NCBI GenBank assembly: GCA_020348925.1
Contig: CP070758.1
Span: 62,001-126,000, forward strand
Origin: Gemmatimonadota bacterium
GTDB taxonomy: Bacteria; JBHIER01; G020348925
DNA length: 64,000 nt
Direction: 5' to 3'
In this document: in pieces, positions 8,646 through 18,442 of the stretch
Layout: each line of letters begins with the position of its first letter
How positions within the stretch are numbered: the stretch's first letter is position 1
Notes under the pieces: model-generated
Databases searched by the model: none
What the model was told of the DNA's origin: nothing
The model's input: the letters and a program-made list of their open reading frames with translations, nothing else
Position numbers and translations under genes: made by a program

Positions 8646-10874
8646 TCATTGTACCATAACATTTCCTATAGTGTTTTCTCTAATTACGGGTCGGCCGAGA
8701 ATTGAGTTGATTATTCCCATCACATCCAATACGTTGACCTTGCCATCGCCATTATAGTCTGCGGCCCAGACTTCGTATGCTGTAGGTGCAGGAGAAGACC
8801 TTACGATAATATTCACGATTCCGATGACATCCCGAACATCAACGGTATCATCCCTGTTGATGTCACCTTTCCCTCCAAGGGGCAGGTCGCTGTTTAATAT
8901 GAGTAAACCTTGATTACCAGCGGTCACGTAAATTGTCTGATCCACGACGGCCAGCCCATCAGGCTGGTCCCAGGTTCCATACTGCCCCACACTCTCAGGG
9001 TTTGTCGGATCGGCCACATCGATAATGCGGATGCCGGAGGTGTAATTCATGTAGACATAAAAGTTTGAGACATTAAGATCTATCGACCAGTTTATGCCTT
9101 TTACCCAAACGTATCCTATCGGGGTGGGGTTCATCGGGTCAGACACATTCAGAATGTTCAGCCCACTGTTGGCCGTCACGTAAGCCAGGGTATCCTGTAC
9201 GGAGACTCCCTTGGTGAAGTCTGCCATCCACAGGACAACCTGGACTGGGTTTTGAGGATCGGTCACATCGATGACTTTGAGTCCGTTGTGTGAATTGGCC
9301 AAATAGGCGTATCCGTCGGAGACGTCCACGTGGTACAACTCCTGGCAGGGGAAGAATCCGACCTCTTGAGGAAAGATAGGATCAGAGACGTCAATGATGC
9401 TCAAACCCGTATCTCGTCGGGCCGCAAAGAGGAATCCCTTCGAAATGACCATATCGTCCACACCTGCAGGCCACTGGGAGATCTCCCGGGGTTTAGTCGG
9501 ATCGGAGATGTCAATCACCAGCAGAGCGTTGTGCGTGGCCAGATACACCTTCGAACCCTCTACAAGCACATCGGTGGCTCCCTTCTCCGTCCCCAGATGA
9601 CCTGCTCCATGGGGGCGAAAGGGATCGGAGATGTCTATGACCCACAGGCCGGCGTATCCACCGGCAACGTAAGCGTATTCCCCTGAGACAGCGACATCGA
9701 GAGCAAGATGCCCCGTGGCGTAAAAGGCCCTATCTAAAGGTTCATCGGGTATTGAAATATCGACGACCCACATCCCACTCCGGGCAGCCATATAAGCGTA
9801 ATCACCACTAATGATGAAATCCATAGGCAAGATGTACCAGGGAGGCTTACTGAGCTGGGTCACCACTGTTGGGTCTGTCGCCTCGGAGATGTCCACCACC
9901 AACAGATCCTCTCCCTCCACACCCAAATAGGCATAGGTCCCCTTTACGGCTATCTCACGAACGTCCCCGGCTACATCGAGGCTGCCCGCCTCCTGGGGCC
10001 ATGCGGGCTTGGAGAGATCCAAAACCCGGAACTCAGGATCCGTCCAGACACCAGCCAAAAGATGCCAATCGGCATCGACGAGATCATACGTCAAACATTG
10101 AGAGTACCACAGGCCCGCCCAGTCAGGATGTATTGGATCGGTGAGATCAAACACATCGACAAATAAGGCTCCGGTAGCTAAATAGAGATATTGGCCGATC
10201 ATCTCCATGGCGCTTGGGTACTCATCACTTGCTGCAAAATAATTAGCTCTGCTCGGACTCTCAGGGATCGATATATCAATAATGTGTACAAATCCCCAAA
10301 CATCCACAAGGTATGCATAATCACCTGACACCATCAAGATTCTGGGGTTCCCCAGATCAATTATTTCAATCGATATTGCGTGTTGAGGGTCAGAGATATC
10401 AAAAATCTCCAGGCCGAGGCCACAGGCAACATGGGCATATGTCCCGACAATTTCGATGTCGTGGACAAATCCCCTCGTCCTTATCTCTCCCACCAGGAGA
10501 GGTTGAGAAGGATCAGAGATGTCCAGCGTCTGAAGGAAGCTCCCGCAGCCGATGAAGGCATAGGGGACCACAACACTGACGCAATGGCATGCTCCCCAGG
10601 CCCACTCACCGAGGAAGGTTATGTTACTGTATTGGAATCCAGAATCATGGTAGAGTGGATATTCGTATTCAGGATCAGGAAAAGGGAAATAAGATGAAAA
10701 TTCTGCTCGGACACTCCGGTTATCCCGGTGAAGAGTATCAGGTTTCTGCAAAGCTTGCGCCTGAGTTAGCCCTGCTGCAATGAACAGGAGCAATAGTCCG
10801 ATCTTTATATTTGTAAGGTGATAGACTTGTGGTAAAATGAGAAGTTTTTTACAGGAGTGAAGTATATGGGACAT
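8646..10874 (-). CDS. Exported LVIVD-repeat beta-propeller protein with C-terminal dockerin (paralog of 6257-8428)
   Basis: SD AAGGAGG, hydrophobic signal, LVIVD repeats, then GDINRDDTVDVRDV...AADYNGDGKVNVLDV. Confidence 0.85.
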   Translation of the reverse strand: MSHILHSCKKLLILPQVYHLTNIKIGLLLLFIAAGLTQAQALQKPDTLHRDNRSVRAEFSSYFPFPDPEYEYPLYHDSGFQYSNITFLGEWAWGACHCVSVVVPYAFIGCGSFLQTLDISDPSQPLLVGEIRTRGFVHDIEIVGTYAHVACGLGLEIFDISDPQHAISIEIIDLGNPRILMVSGDYAYLVDVWGFVHIIDISIPESPSRANYFAASDEYPSAMEMIGQYLYLATGALFVDVFDLTDPIHPDWAGLWYSQCLTYDLVDADWHLLAGVWTDPEFRVLDLSKPAWPQEAGSLDVAGDVREIAVKGTYAYLGVEGEDLLVVDISEATDPTVVTQLSKPPWYILPMDFIISGDYAYMAARSGMWVVDISIPDEPLDRAFYATGHLALDVAVSGEYAYVAGGYAGLWVIDISDPFRPHGAGHLGTEKGATDVLVEGSKVYLATHNALLVIDISDPTKPREISQWPAGVDDMVISKGFLFAARRDTGLSIIDVSDPIFPQEVGFFPCQELYHVDVSDGYAYLANSHNGLKVIDVTDPQNPVQVVLWMADFTKGVSVQDTLAYVTANSGLNILNVSDPMNPTPIGYVWVKGINWSIDLNVSNFYVYMNYTSGIRIIDVADPTNPESVGQYGTWDQPDGLAVVDQTIYVTAGNQGLLILNSDLPLGGKGDINRDDTVDVRDVIGIVNIIVRSSPAPTAYEVWAADYNGDGKVNVLDVMGIINSILGRPVIRENTIGNVMVQ

Positions 10875-10916
10875 TGAATCTTCCTCCTTTTCGGCTTACT
10901 GACGAACGAGCCTCAC

Positions 10917-10995
10917 AACCATCTCACGCTGTCAAGATACCCTTCAAACCCCTTTGGGTCAAGCCCCTTTTTGTGTAAAAAGGTGTCAGGAACCT
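10917..10995. repeat. ~75 bp upstream element, copy 2
   Basis: Matches 8556-8630 and ends in the imperfect palindrome AAGGTGTCAGGAACCTT. Confidence 0.8.
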
Positions 10996-11095
10996 TAATC
11001 TTCCATTTTCATATGTTTCTCACTCCCAGTTCCCACGTCCGTGTATGGTAGATTACGGTTCGTGAGGAGTCTGAGAGAAAGCTAAAAACGAAAAA

Positions 11096-12568
11096 TCAAT
11101 CACTTAAAATTCGATGGATCAAACATACAACATCGAGTACATTCACCAGTTCATCTTTGTTGCAATCAGCGAGTAAGAGTTCGTCTGAGTTAGGCTGATG
11201 ATGGCCTATGATGATTTCGACGGTGAGCCACACATCTTGAACGTTTACCTTGCCATCAATGTTCACATCTCCTCTGACAAGAAGTTTCAATATCCCGTTC
11301 TCCGATGAGACGGGTATGATATTGATCCAGGGATCACCAAGTTCAACTCGGGAAAATACGAATTCATACTCTCCCAATGGGGCGTCTTCAACGATATCTA
11401 ATTGAATAGCACAGATCGATCCGAGACCAGGTTCAATGTATCCAAGAGTGGAGCTCGTGTTTCTTCTTTCTACCGGACCACCACAATCAACAAAAGCTAT
11501 ACGAATTCCTCTCTCAACAGAACTCCAAGAAGAGATAATACAATCTTTAGTCCTTTCAGTTCTAAGTACATCTTTCACAATTAAATTTTCAGTGTTAAAG
11601 AAAAGGTCAAGAACAAAAACTATAAGAGAAACATCATTCTCTAATTCAACTGAAATATTAACTTCTGAGGTATCGATAAACACTCTTCCACTCTCTACCC
11701 AAAGAATGGCAGGACTTATAGTGAGAATACCGTCAATGCTTGCAGAAGCAATTGGACCACTTGTAGAATCTCTCAGAGCTAAATTTTCAATATTTATATC
11801 GTAATCATTGTACGGGGTTTCTTCAATCACTTGAAAGACAATTTGAGCAATTGGTTGACTGATGGGCGACAGATAATGTGCTCCTCCAATTTTTCTGACT
11901 CGTATTCCACTCACTGCTGACTCCCACTCGTAATCCCACTGAGAAACTGATGTACTTCGTACGTCAGTCACAGTCAATACATCAGTGTCAAAATGAAGTT
12001 CGAACTCACATCCAAGAACACTTATATTATTCATTAATTCGAGGCTCATTCTTCTCTCTGAACTCCCAGGGAGACTAACGATCCACTCGGCCGCCAGAAT
12101 GGCGTTGCGAACAGAGAATACGCCGTTCTCTTTGGACATACTGAGAGTTGTGGGATACACAACAACATTACTCAAAATAAGGGGATACGTATCGAGAAGG
12201 GAGGAATCATTCACATCAAAGACTACGTTTGCCAAAATCCCTGATCCCGGAAAGATTTTTGAACGAACAGCCACTCTTACACCATTATCGACAATGGACC
12301 ATTCTAAAGCGTGAATCCTACTACTGTGTGTCAGCATGACATCACGTATGACTATTTCATCAGTATCGAATACCAGATCAAAATCACACCCATTCATAGG
12401 TTTCTCGTTTCGAAGATAGATCGGCACGATGTTACCCGTGCTTCCGGGAAATCCACCACCCCCGATAACCTTCAAGAGCACATTTTCGGACTGGACAGAC
12501 GTGAAGACAGTGGTAAGAGTGACGAATACTATTACAGGAATACATTTTTTTCGAATATCTGTCACCAT
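11096..12568 (-). CDS. Scaffoldin-like protein: three cohesin-like domains + C-terminal dockerin
   Basis: Signal peptide, then three ~130 aa beta-sandwich repeats (PGS...VPIYLRN...GCDFDLVFDT...PGSGILANVVFDV...ENG; PGS...LELMNN...GCEFELHFDT...IAQIVFQV...IDG; ...VELEND...LDLFFNT...PGLGSICAIQLDI...ENG). Ends in RGDVNIDGKVNVQDV...ADCNKDELVNVLDV. Start codon uncertain (12568-12613). Confidence 0.8.
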   Translation of the reverse strand: MVTDIRKKCIPVIVFVTLTTVFTSVQSENVLLKVIGGGGFPGSTGNIVPIYLRNEKPMNGCDFDLVFDTDEIVIRDVMLTHSSRIHALEWSIVDNGVRVAVRSKIFPGSGILANVVFDVNDSSLLDTYPLILSNVVVYPTTLSMSKENGVFSVRNAILAAEWIVSLPGSSERRMSLELMNNISVLGCEFELHFDTDVLTVTDVRSTSVSQWDYEWESAVSGIRVRKIGGAHYLSPISQPIAQIVFQVIEETPYNDYDINIENLALRDSTSGPIASASIDGILTISPAILWVESGRVFIDTSEVNISVELENDVSLIVFVLDLFFNTENLIVKDVLRTERTKDCIISSWSSVERGIRIAFVDCGGPVERRNTSSTLGYIEPGLGSICAIQLDIVEDAPLGEYEFVFSRVELGDPWINIIPVSSENGILKLLVRGDVNIDGKVNVQDVWLTVEIIIGHHQPNSDELLLADCNKDELVNVLDVVCLIHRILSD

Positions 12569-12723
12569 ATTCATCCCCATTATTTCAAAGTATTCCGAAG
12601 ATTTGAAATACAACCCTGAATTCGTGTCCCAGAATAAAAACGGACGTATTCACAAAGACCACTAACACAAAAGTGTTAACGATAAAATTCAAACTTTCAG
12701 ATTTTCAGAGACATTGATTAATC

Positions 12724-12930
12724 GACATTTCAGATCTCTCATCACCTCCAGTAAAAGATAAGAGTGATGATTGCCACCCTCCAACTCTCGAAAGTTCAAT
12801 GTATCAAACTCACACATTCATGTCAAGCAAATTCGTGACAAAATATGTTGCAAGTCAATTATTTTTCATATGTTACACTTTTTTGCATTGAGCACGAGAA
12901 TATTAACACAAGAATTAACAATTTTTTTAT
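12724..12930 (-). promoter_or_regulatory. Duplicated promoter + 5' leader, copy 1 (sigma70-type TTGACA-17-TACATT)
   Basis: -35 at 12821-12826 and -10 at 12798-12803. The whole block is homologous to 21066-21270. Confidence 0.75.
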
Positions 12931-13153
12931 CGATTTCAGATAACTTCTCCTGATCTTTTTTCGAAATAAATCCACCCTATCTAACTCGCTTGGCTTCAGG
13001 AAACTAGTGATGTTTCCCCTGATTTCATGATCCAGAATCCAAAACCACCTTATCAAATCCAGCCTTCACATCCTTCCTGATATCTCGAACAGCGGCAGAT
13101 TTTCCGGTCTCAATCGTACGGCCTCATTTTCCATGCCAACAACTCAAAACTGT

Positions 13154-13195
13154 AAAAAAACCGCCCACGGCCTTGAAACCGGAGGCGGTTTTCTT
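13154..13195 (-). terminator. Intrinsic terminator after S8 protease 2
   Basis: Minus strand AAAACCGCCTCCGGTTTCAAGGCCGTGGGCGGTTTTTTT; homologous to the terminator at 3401-3445. Confidence 0.8.
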
Positions 13196-13217
13196 GTCTG
13201 AAAAAGAGAGTACAAAC

Positions 13218-15724
13218 TTACTTCAGCAGCAGCATGCGCTTGGTGGCTGTGAACCGGTCGGCTTTCAACGTGTAGAAATAGATACTGCTGGAAACTTCTC
13301 TACCGAATTCATCCCTACCGCTCCAGGTAACTGTATAGTGCCCCACTTCCCTATGTTCGTCTACCAGAGTTTTGACTTCTTGCCCAAGGATGTTAAAGAT
13401 CTTGAGAGAAGTGTATGTCGCAGATGGTATCTGAAAACTGATTTCAGTTTCAGGATTGAAGGGATTGGGATAATTCTGGGAGAGCATAAAGGTGTTGGGC
13501 AACGACTGATCCGCCAATTTAGGTGATCCCGTCCTCCTTATGACCACTGGAATCTCCGTGCCTGTGGCGGTGCATAAAATTGCTCGGGTTATGTGAAGAC
13601 TACCCCCCGACTTCTGGGGAGACATATGAACAATGGGTCCGGTTCCTGGAACCATTTCATCACCCGTGGGGTTGGCCAGCATGACCATCAGTTCACCATC
13701 CTCATTTCTGTAATTCAAGTCCAACATGGCACTGCGATCTGTAGTCTTAGGCTCTCCTGGAGTCCACGCCTGTGGGTTATAGGATATCCAGAGCTGAACA
13801 CCTGCAACTCCTACACTGTTTTCCAACATGACACTATAAGCACCCGTCGGTCCCGGAACCTTCGACAGGTAAACTATAGCTGGCTCTGATGGAATTTCAG
13901 GAATACTGCGTCTATCCTCTCCGTACAAGACCTTATCCCATAGCAGCATATAGTCAAGAAGATCTATCTCTCCATCGTAGTTCATATCACCCGCCCACTG
14001 TTGGTAATCGTCAGGATCGTCATATCCTAAGATAATGTCGAGCATAACAGGAGGATCTAAAAGATCGACAGACATATCTCTATTCATGTCACCTTTTTCC
14101 CCGGCACCTGCTTCTAAAAGCGCCCAGTAGGCATTGACCCTCCCATACCCGAGCTCATCACATCGTCCATCGATGTAGTCATACAGGTCCTGACGGACTT
14201 TTTCTGCAGACTTCTGGAGGATTTCTTGCACTTCATCGGAATTGAGATCGGGATACATGCTGAGGACGAGAGCCGCTGTGCCGGCCACGTGAGGACAAGC
14301 CGCTGAAGTACCCCGGAACAACCTATAATGTTCGAATCCTGATGAGCTAAAGTTGCCGGCGCTTATCATAATGCTTGTGGTCCATATATGGACACCAGGA
14401 GCAGCCACATCCAGATTCGGGCCGTAGCTGCTGCCCCACCCTTCACCGTCGCAGCTTGAGGGGTTTTTTCTTTCATCACATTCACTGGTAGCACCCACAG
14501 CAATGACTTCTGAATACCTGGCAGGGTATCTAATCGGCTTGGTGTTCTTATTTCCTGCACCACAAATGATTACGCACCCCAAGGAGTCTCTGCCAGCATT
14601 TTTTGCCCTCTGAATGGCGTAGTGAACAGCATCGTAGTCGGAAGGCATAGCCCAACTGTTGCTCAAAACATGAGCACCCCAAGACCAGGCCGTATCGAAA
14701 CCAGCAGCCACTGAATTGGGTGTCGTCACCAACTGGCATAAGGTCTCGCACTCAATTTCGCCTATTCGGATAGGCATCATTTTACAATTGTATCCAATGC
14801 TGGCAACCCCCGTGTCATTGTTCGTTGAAGAAGCAGCGATCCCGGCACAACACGTTCCGTGATCGTCTTCTTCTTCCATGTCCGGATTCGTAAAGTTATC
14901 ATCATCCCAGGTATCGTAGCCGCCCACGAGCTTCCATTTGAGATCTCCGTGATCATCCCACACTCCACAATCGATGATAGCAATAACGATGTCTGGACTG
15001 CCTGTACAGATGTCCCATGCCTCCGGGGCGTCAATGTCCGCGTCCGGAATACCTACCTCAGCCGGGCTGTTGCTTCCGGTATTGCTCAACCCCCACTGTT
15101 CAGGGTAATATTCGTCATTGACCGCACCCAGTGGCTCCGTTTGCAGTATGAAATTGGGATGGGCGAAATCTGTAAGAGGACTTTCGTAATACAGGTTGGC
15201 CATCTCGAGGGCATGCTGAGGGATACCGCTTTTTACGGTAACAGGTCACTGTACGTTCCTTTTCTGACGATTTCAACACCGTGTTGCTCGTTGAAAGACT
15301 CAATCTCTGGCTCAGACACCCAAGACTTGAATTGAACAACAAATTCGTCTGTCAGGAACATCCTGCCATCGTGGGAGTCGTAGACCGGGTTCAGTCGTAG
15401 GATCCTTGGCGCCGACTTGAGGACCTCTATAGTCTGCTTCACCTGAGCTAAAGTGACATCTTTTTTAATCTTTAGCACGTTTATTCTGCCTTTTCCAACA
15501 GTACTCTGGGGATCGAAGGTGTCAAGATAGAGAACACTGGAGACAACGATCTCCATCTCTGATAACGTTACGCCCTCATTGAAAGTGACGGCTACCACTT
15601 CAGTGGAGAGTTCCAGAGATATTTTCCTGCCACCGGAGTAATAGAAGTCGTCTGTGTGGCCAGCGTGAACCACAACTGCCACTAAAATGAAAGTGGCCAC
15701 TGCAAGTAGTGTATTCCTTTTCAT
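13218..15724 (-). pseudogene. S8 subtilisin-like protease + dockerin + cohesin + CTD, frameshifted near 15240
   Basis: 15233-15724 encodes signal peptide and prodomain, ending SDLLP*. The other frame continues VTVKSGIPQHALEMANLYYES into 13218-15203 with triad motifs IIDCGV, HGTCCAG, GTSAACPHVAG, then dockerin GDMNRD.../GDMNYDG, cohesin and QNYPNPFNP tail. Confidence 0.8.
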
Positions 15725-15919
15725 TCTTCTTCACCTCCAGGTTTTTCCAAATGTTTCTTTCAATTGAGGTTTTTCCCCTTTTTGGTAGCAGCTATAAGCG
15801 ATCACCTCCCTTCCAAGTAAGTTGGTGAAAATCCTGTCCCCTGAGAGCTGATCTTCATATTATCACATCATAACCACCCCCTCCAAGATTGAAGTTGTCT
15901 GTTTAATGTGTCTTTCCCC

Positions 15920-15948
15920 TTGACAAATGGGGAGCAATTGGCTATTTT
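15920..15948 (+). promoter_or_regulatory. sigma70-type promoter facing opposite to the flanking genes
   Basis: TTGACA (15920-25), 17 nt spacer, TATTTT (15943-48). Confidence 0.6.
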
Positions 15949-15954
15949 GGGATT

Positions 15955-16075
15955 GAGACCCAAAAAGGGAAGGCCCTTGTGAATCCAATAGGATTCGGGC
16001 GTATCACCTTTCTGGTCTCACACGGGCTGTCGGCCTTGGTCTTTAGCCGGTCCGGGCTGACAGCCTTCTCTTTTG
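15955..16075 (+). ncRNA. Candidate small RNA (rod-like hairpin + terminator hairpin)
   Basis: Begins 7 nt after the -10 box. GAGACC...GGTCTC encloses AAAGG/CCTTT, GCCC/GGGC and GAATCC/GGATTC. Then an 11 bp stem GGCTGTCGGCC/GGCTGACAGCC and TTCTCTTTT. Confidence 0.5.
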
Positions 16076-16081
16076 TCGTGA

Positions 16082-18442
16082 CTATTTCAAAAGTATCATT
16101 TTGCGCGACTCCGAGAATAGCCCTGTTTGCAGCCAATAGAAATAGACTCCGCTGCCCACCTCTCTCCCCGAAGTGTCCCGTCCATCCCAGCTCACGGTGC
16201 AGTGTCCGGCATCCTGAACCTCATCGACCAGCGTCCGCACTTCCTGCCCGAGAATGTTATAGATCTTCAGGGTGGTGCGGAGAGGATATCTACTATCTGG
16301 TATCTGGTATCTAATATCTGTAGATTCATTGAACGGATTGGGATAGTTTTGCGCCAGCGAGAATGTCAGCGGAGTCAATCCTTCTTCTCCATCGTCATTA
16401 ACCGAGGTGCCTTCACACACCAATACGTTGACACCACCGTATACTGTCCCACACCAGATATTCCCTGCACTATCAATGGCCACTTCCCCTATGATATTGT
16501 CCGATATGGGGCTATTCTCTATGGTGTACACTACCCACGTTGCGCCATCAAACTTCACCAGGCCATAGCTTGTCCCAAACCACATGTTGTCATCTCTGTC
16601 CACTGCTATTGACCAAATTCTGTCACTCTTCAATCCACTGTTCGAGGTGTCATACGTCACCCAGATTGAGCCATCAAATTTGCTCACACCGGTCAATGTC
16701 CCAAACCACATGCTCCCCTTACCGTCTGGAGCGATGGATACCACCCTGTTACTTGCCAGACCGCTATTGAATGTGGTGTAGGTCGTCCACGTAAAACCGT
16801 CAAATTTGTTCACTCCATCTGCCGTCCCGAACCAGACATTTCCCTTTTCGTCAACAACCACCGAATACACGTGATCATTTGCCAATTCACTGTTCTGAGG
16901 GGTGTATACGGTGCAGGTTGTATCATAAAGCCTGACGGCTCCTCCACCAACGGCAATCCATTTGTTATTCTCATTATCTACTGCAATAGAACGTACAGTG
17001 AGATAGGCCAACCCGAAGTCTGGAAGATGATAGTTTGTCCAATCAACCCCGTCAAACTTGGTTACCCACTTTATTATTGTGGAGTTTATGGCTCCAGAGC
17101 CTCCAAACCAGATATTCCCATCATGATCTTCTGCAATCGCATCAACCATTTCAAATTGTACCCCACTGTTGTCCGGATTGAAGACTGTCCAATCCGATCC
17201 ATCCAACACACAGGCTGCACCCAGATTATAATATCCGGAGACTCCAAACCACTTCCGGTTCGCGTGATCAATTAGAATAGTGCGTATGTAATTATCTGGT
17301 AATCCGCTGTTGGAGGACTCGTAATGGGACCAGTTTTCACCGTCAAATATACACAAACTGGCCCATCCTTTCCTGAAAGGCCTGGTCCCGAACCATTTCT
17401 TGCCCTCGGGATCAATGGCCACCGATAACACTCCGTTGCTGGTTAATCCGCTGTTTTCCATCGTGTAATTGACCCAGTTGTGCCCGTCGTAAGAGTACAC
17501 CCCGGTCATCATGCTCACACACCAGACCGTACCCGCACTATCTATGGCGATGTCATGTATGTTATTGTCTCTCAAATCGCTATTAAACATGTCAAAACTT
17601 ATCCAGGATTGGCCGTCAAAAAAGCTGATGCCACCGTCCCCAACACTCCACAACGTACCCATGCAAGCTATCCAAATGTTGCCCTTGTTGTCCTCGGTGA
17701 TGGCCGAAATGTTGTTGGAAGCGATATCTGCATTCTCTGTGTCATACGTCGTCCAGACCGACCCGTCAAATCGACAAATGCCACTTCCATCGACCAATTC
17801 GTCACCCGCTGTACCGAACCAGCAGGTCCCCGATCTGTCCACATAGACTGACCACACCAGGTTGCTGACAAGACCGCTGTTTGAGGTGGTGTAACTTGTC
17901 CATTCGGTCCTGTCGAACATGCTCACACCTCTTGTTGTTCCAAACCACAGACGATCCCAGTGATCCAGGAAAATCGAACTAACAGAATCGCAGATCAGCC
18001 CACTGTTCATGCTGTTATAATAGGTCCAGTTCTGCCCGTCAAATTTGGCCACCCCCCGAATTGTAGAAATCCACTTGTTTCCCAGACTGTCTATCACTAT
18101 ATAACCGACACGATTATACGGAAGCCCTTCAGCCCTGGTGTAGTAAGTGACGTCCTCGTGAGAGTCGGTGAGGCTTCGTTTGATCAACCCGCCCCGGGTG
18201 CCCTCCCAGACGTAATCACCTTCGAAAGCCACATCCGCAACGATGGAGGCATTGGTGTAATTTCGCCAGGTTTCTGAACTCCCACTCTGGGCCCATAATG
18301 TGCTAAAGAGAAAGAACAGAGTCAAAACTATGCTTGCCCGGATTTTCCAACACGTAAAAACAGACCATAAGTATTTGTCTTCTCCTTCTTGTCTCATATT
18401 GAGAAAGAAACTCATCTTCTTGGCCTCTCTTTGCCTTTTCAC
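16082..18442 (-). CDS. Two-component-regulator-propeller (Reg_prop) repeat protein with FlgD-Ig/T9SS-type CTD
   Basis: Repeats 'WFGT..GVSxFDGxxWTxYxTxNSGLxSNxVxSIAxD'; tail QNYPNPFNES...RKMILLK. ATGA overlap with the upstream gene. Confidence 0.85.
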   Translation of the reverse strand: MKRQREAKKMSFFLNMRQEGEDKYLWSVFTCWKIRASIVLTLFFLFSTLWAQSGSSETWRNYTNASIVADVAFEGDYVWEGTRGGLIKRSLTDSHEDVTYYTRAEGLPYNRVGYIVIDSLGNKWISTIRGVAKFDGQNWTYYNSMNSGLICDSVSSIFLDHWDRLWFGTTRGVSMFDRTEWTSYTTSNSGLVSNLVWSVYVDRSGTCWFGTAGDELVDGSGICRFDGSVWTTYDTENADIASNNISAITEDNKGNIWIACMGTLWSVGDGGISFFDGQSWISFDMFNSDLRDNNIHDIAIDSAGTVWCVSMMTGVYSYDGHNWVNYTMENSGLTSNGVLSVAIDPEGKKWFGTRPFRKGWASLCIFDGENWSHYESSNSGLPDNYIRTILIDHANRKWFGVSGYYNLGAACVLDGSDWTVFNPDNSGVQFEMVDAIAEDHDGNIWFGGSGAINSTIIKWVTKFDGVDWTNYHLPDFGLAYLTVRSIAVDNENNKWIAVGGGAVRLYDTTCTVYTPQNSELANDHVYSVVVDEKGNVWFGTADGVNKFDGFTWTTYTTFNSGLASNRVVSIAPDGKGSMWFGTLTGVSKFDGSIWVTYDTSNSGLKSDRIWSIAVDRDDNMWFGTSYGLVKFDGATWVVYTIENSPISDNIIGEVAIDSAGNIWCGTVYGGVNVLVCEGTSVNDDGEEGLTPLTFSLAQNYPNPFNESTDIRYQIPDSRYPLRTTLKIYNILGQEVRTLVDEVQDAGHCTVSWDGRDTSGREVGSGVYFYWLQTGLFSESRKMILLK

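Noticed and set aside
12771-12953. Apparently conserved small protein MPPSN.RKFN (also 21113-21319)
   Set aside because: TTG start without SD; the similarity is explained by the duplicated promoter/leader on the other strand.
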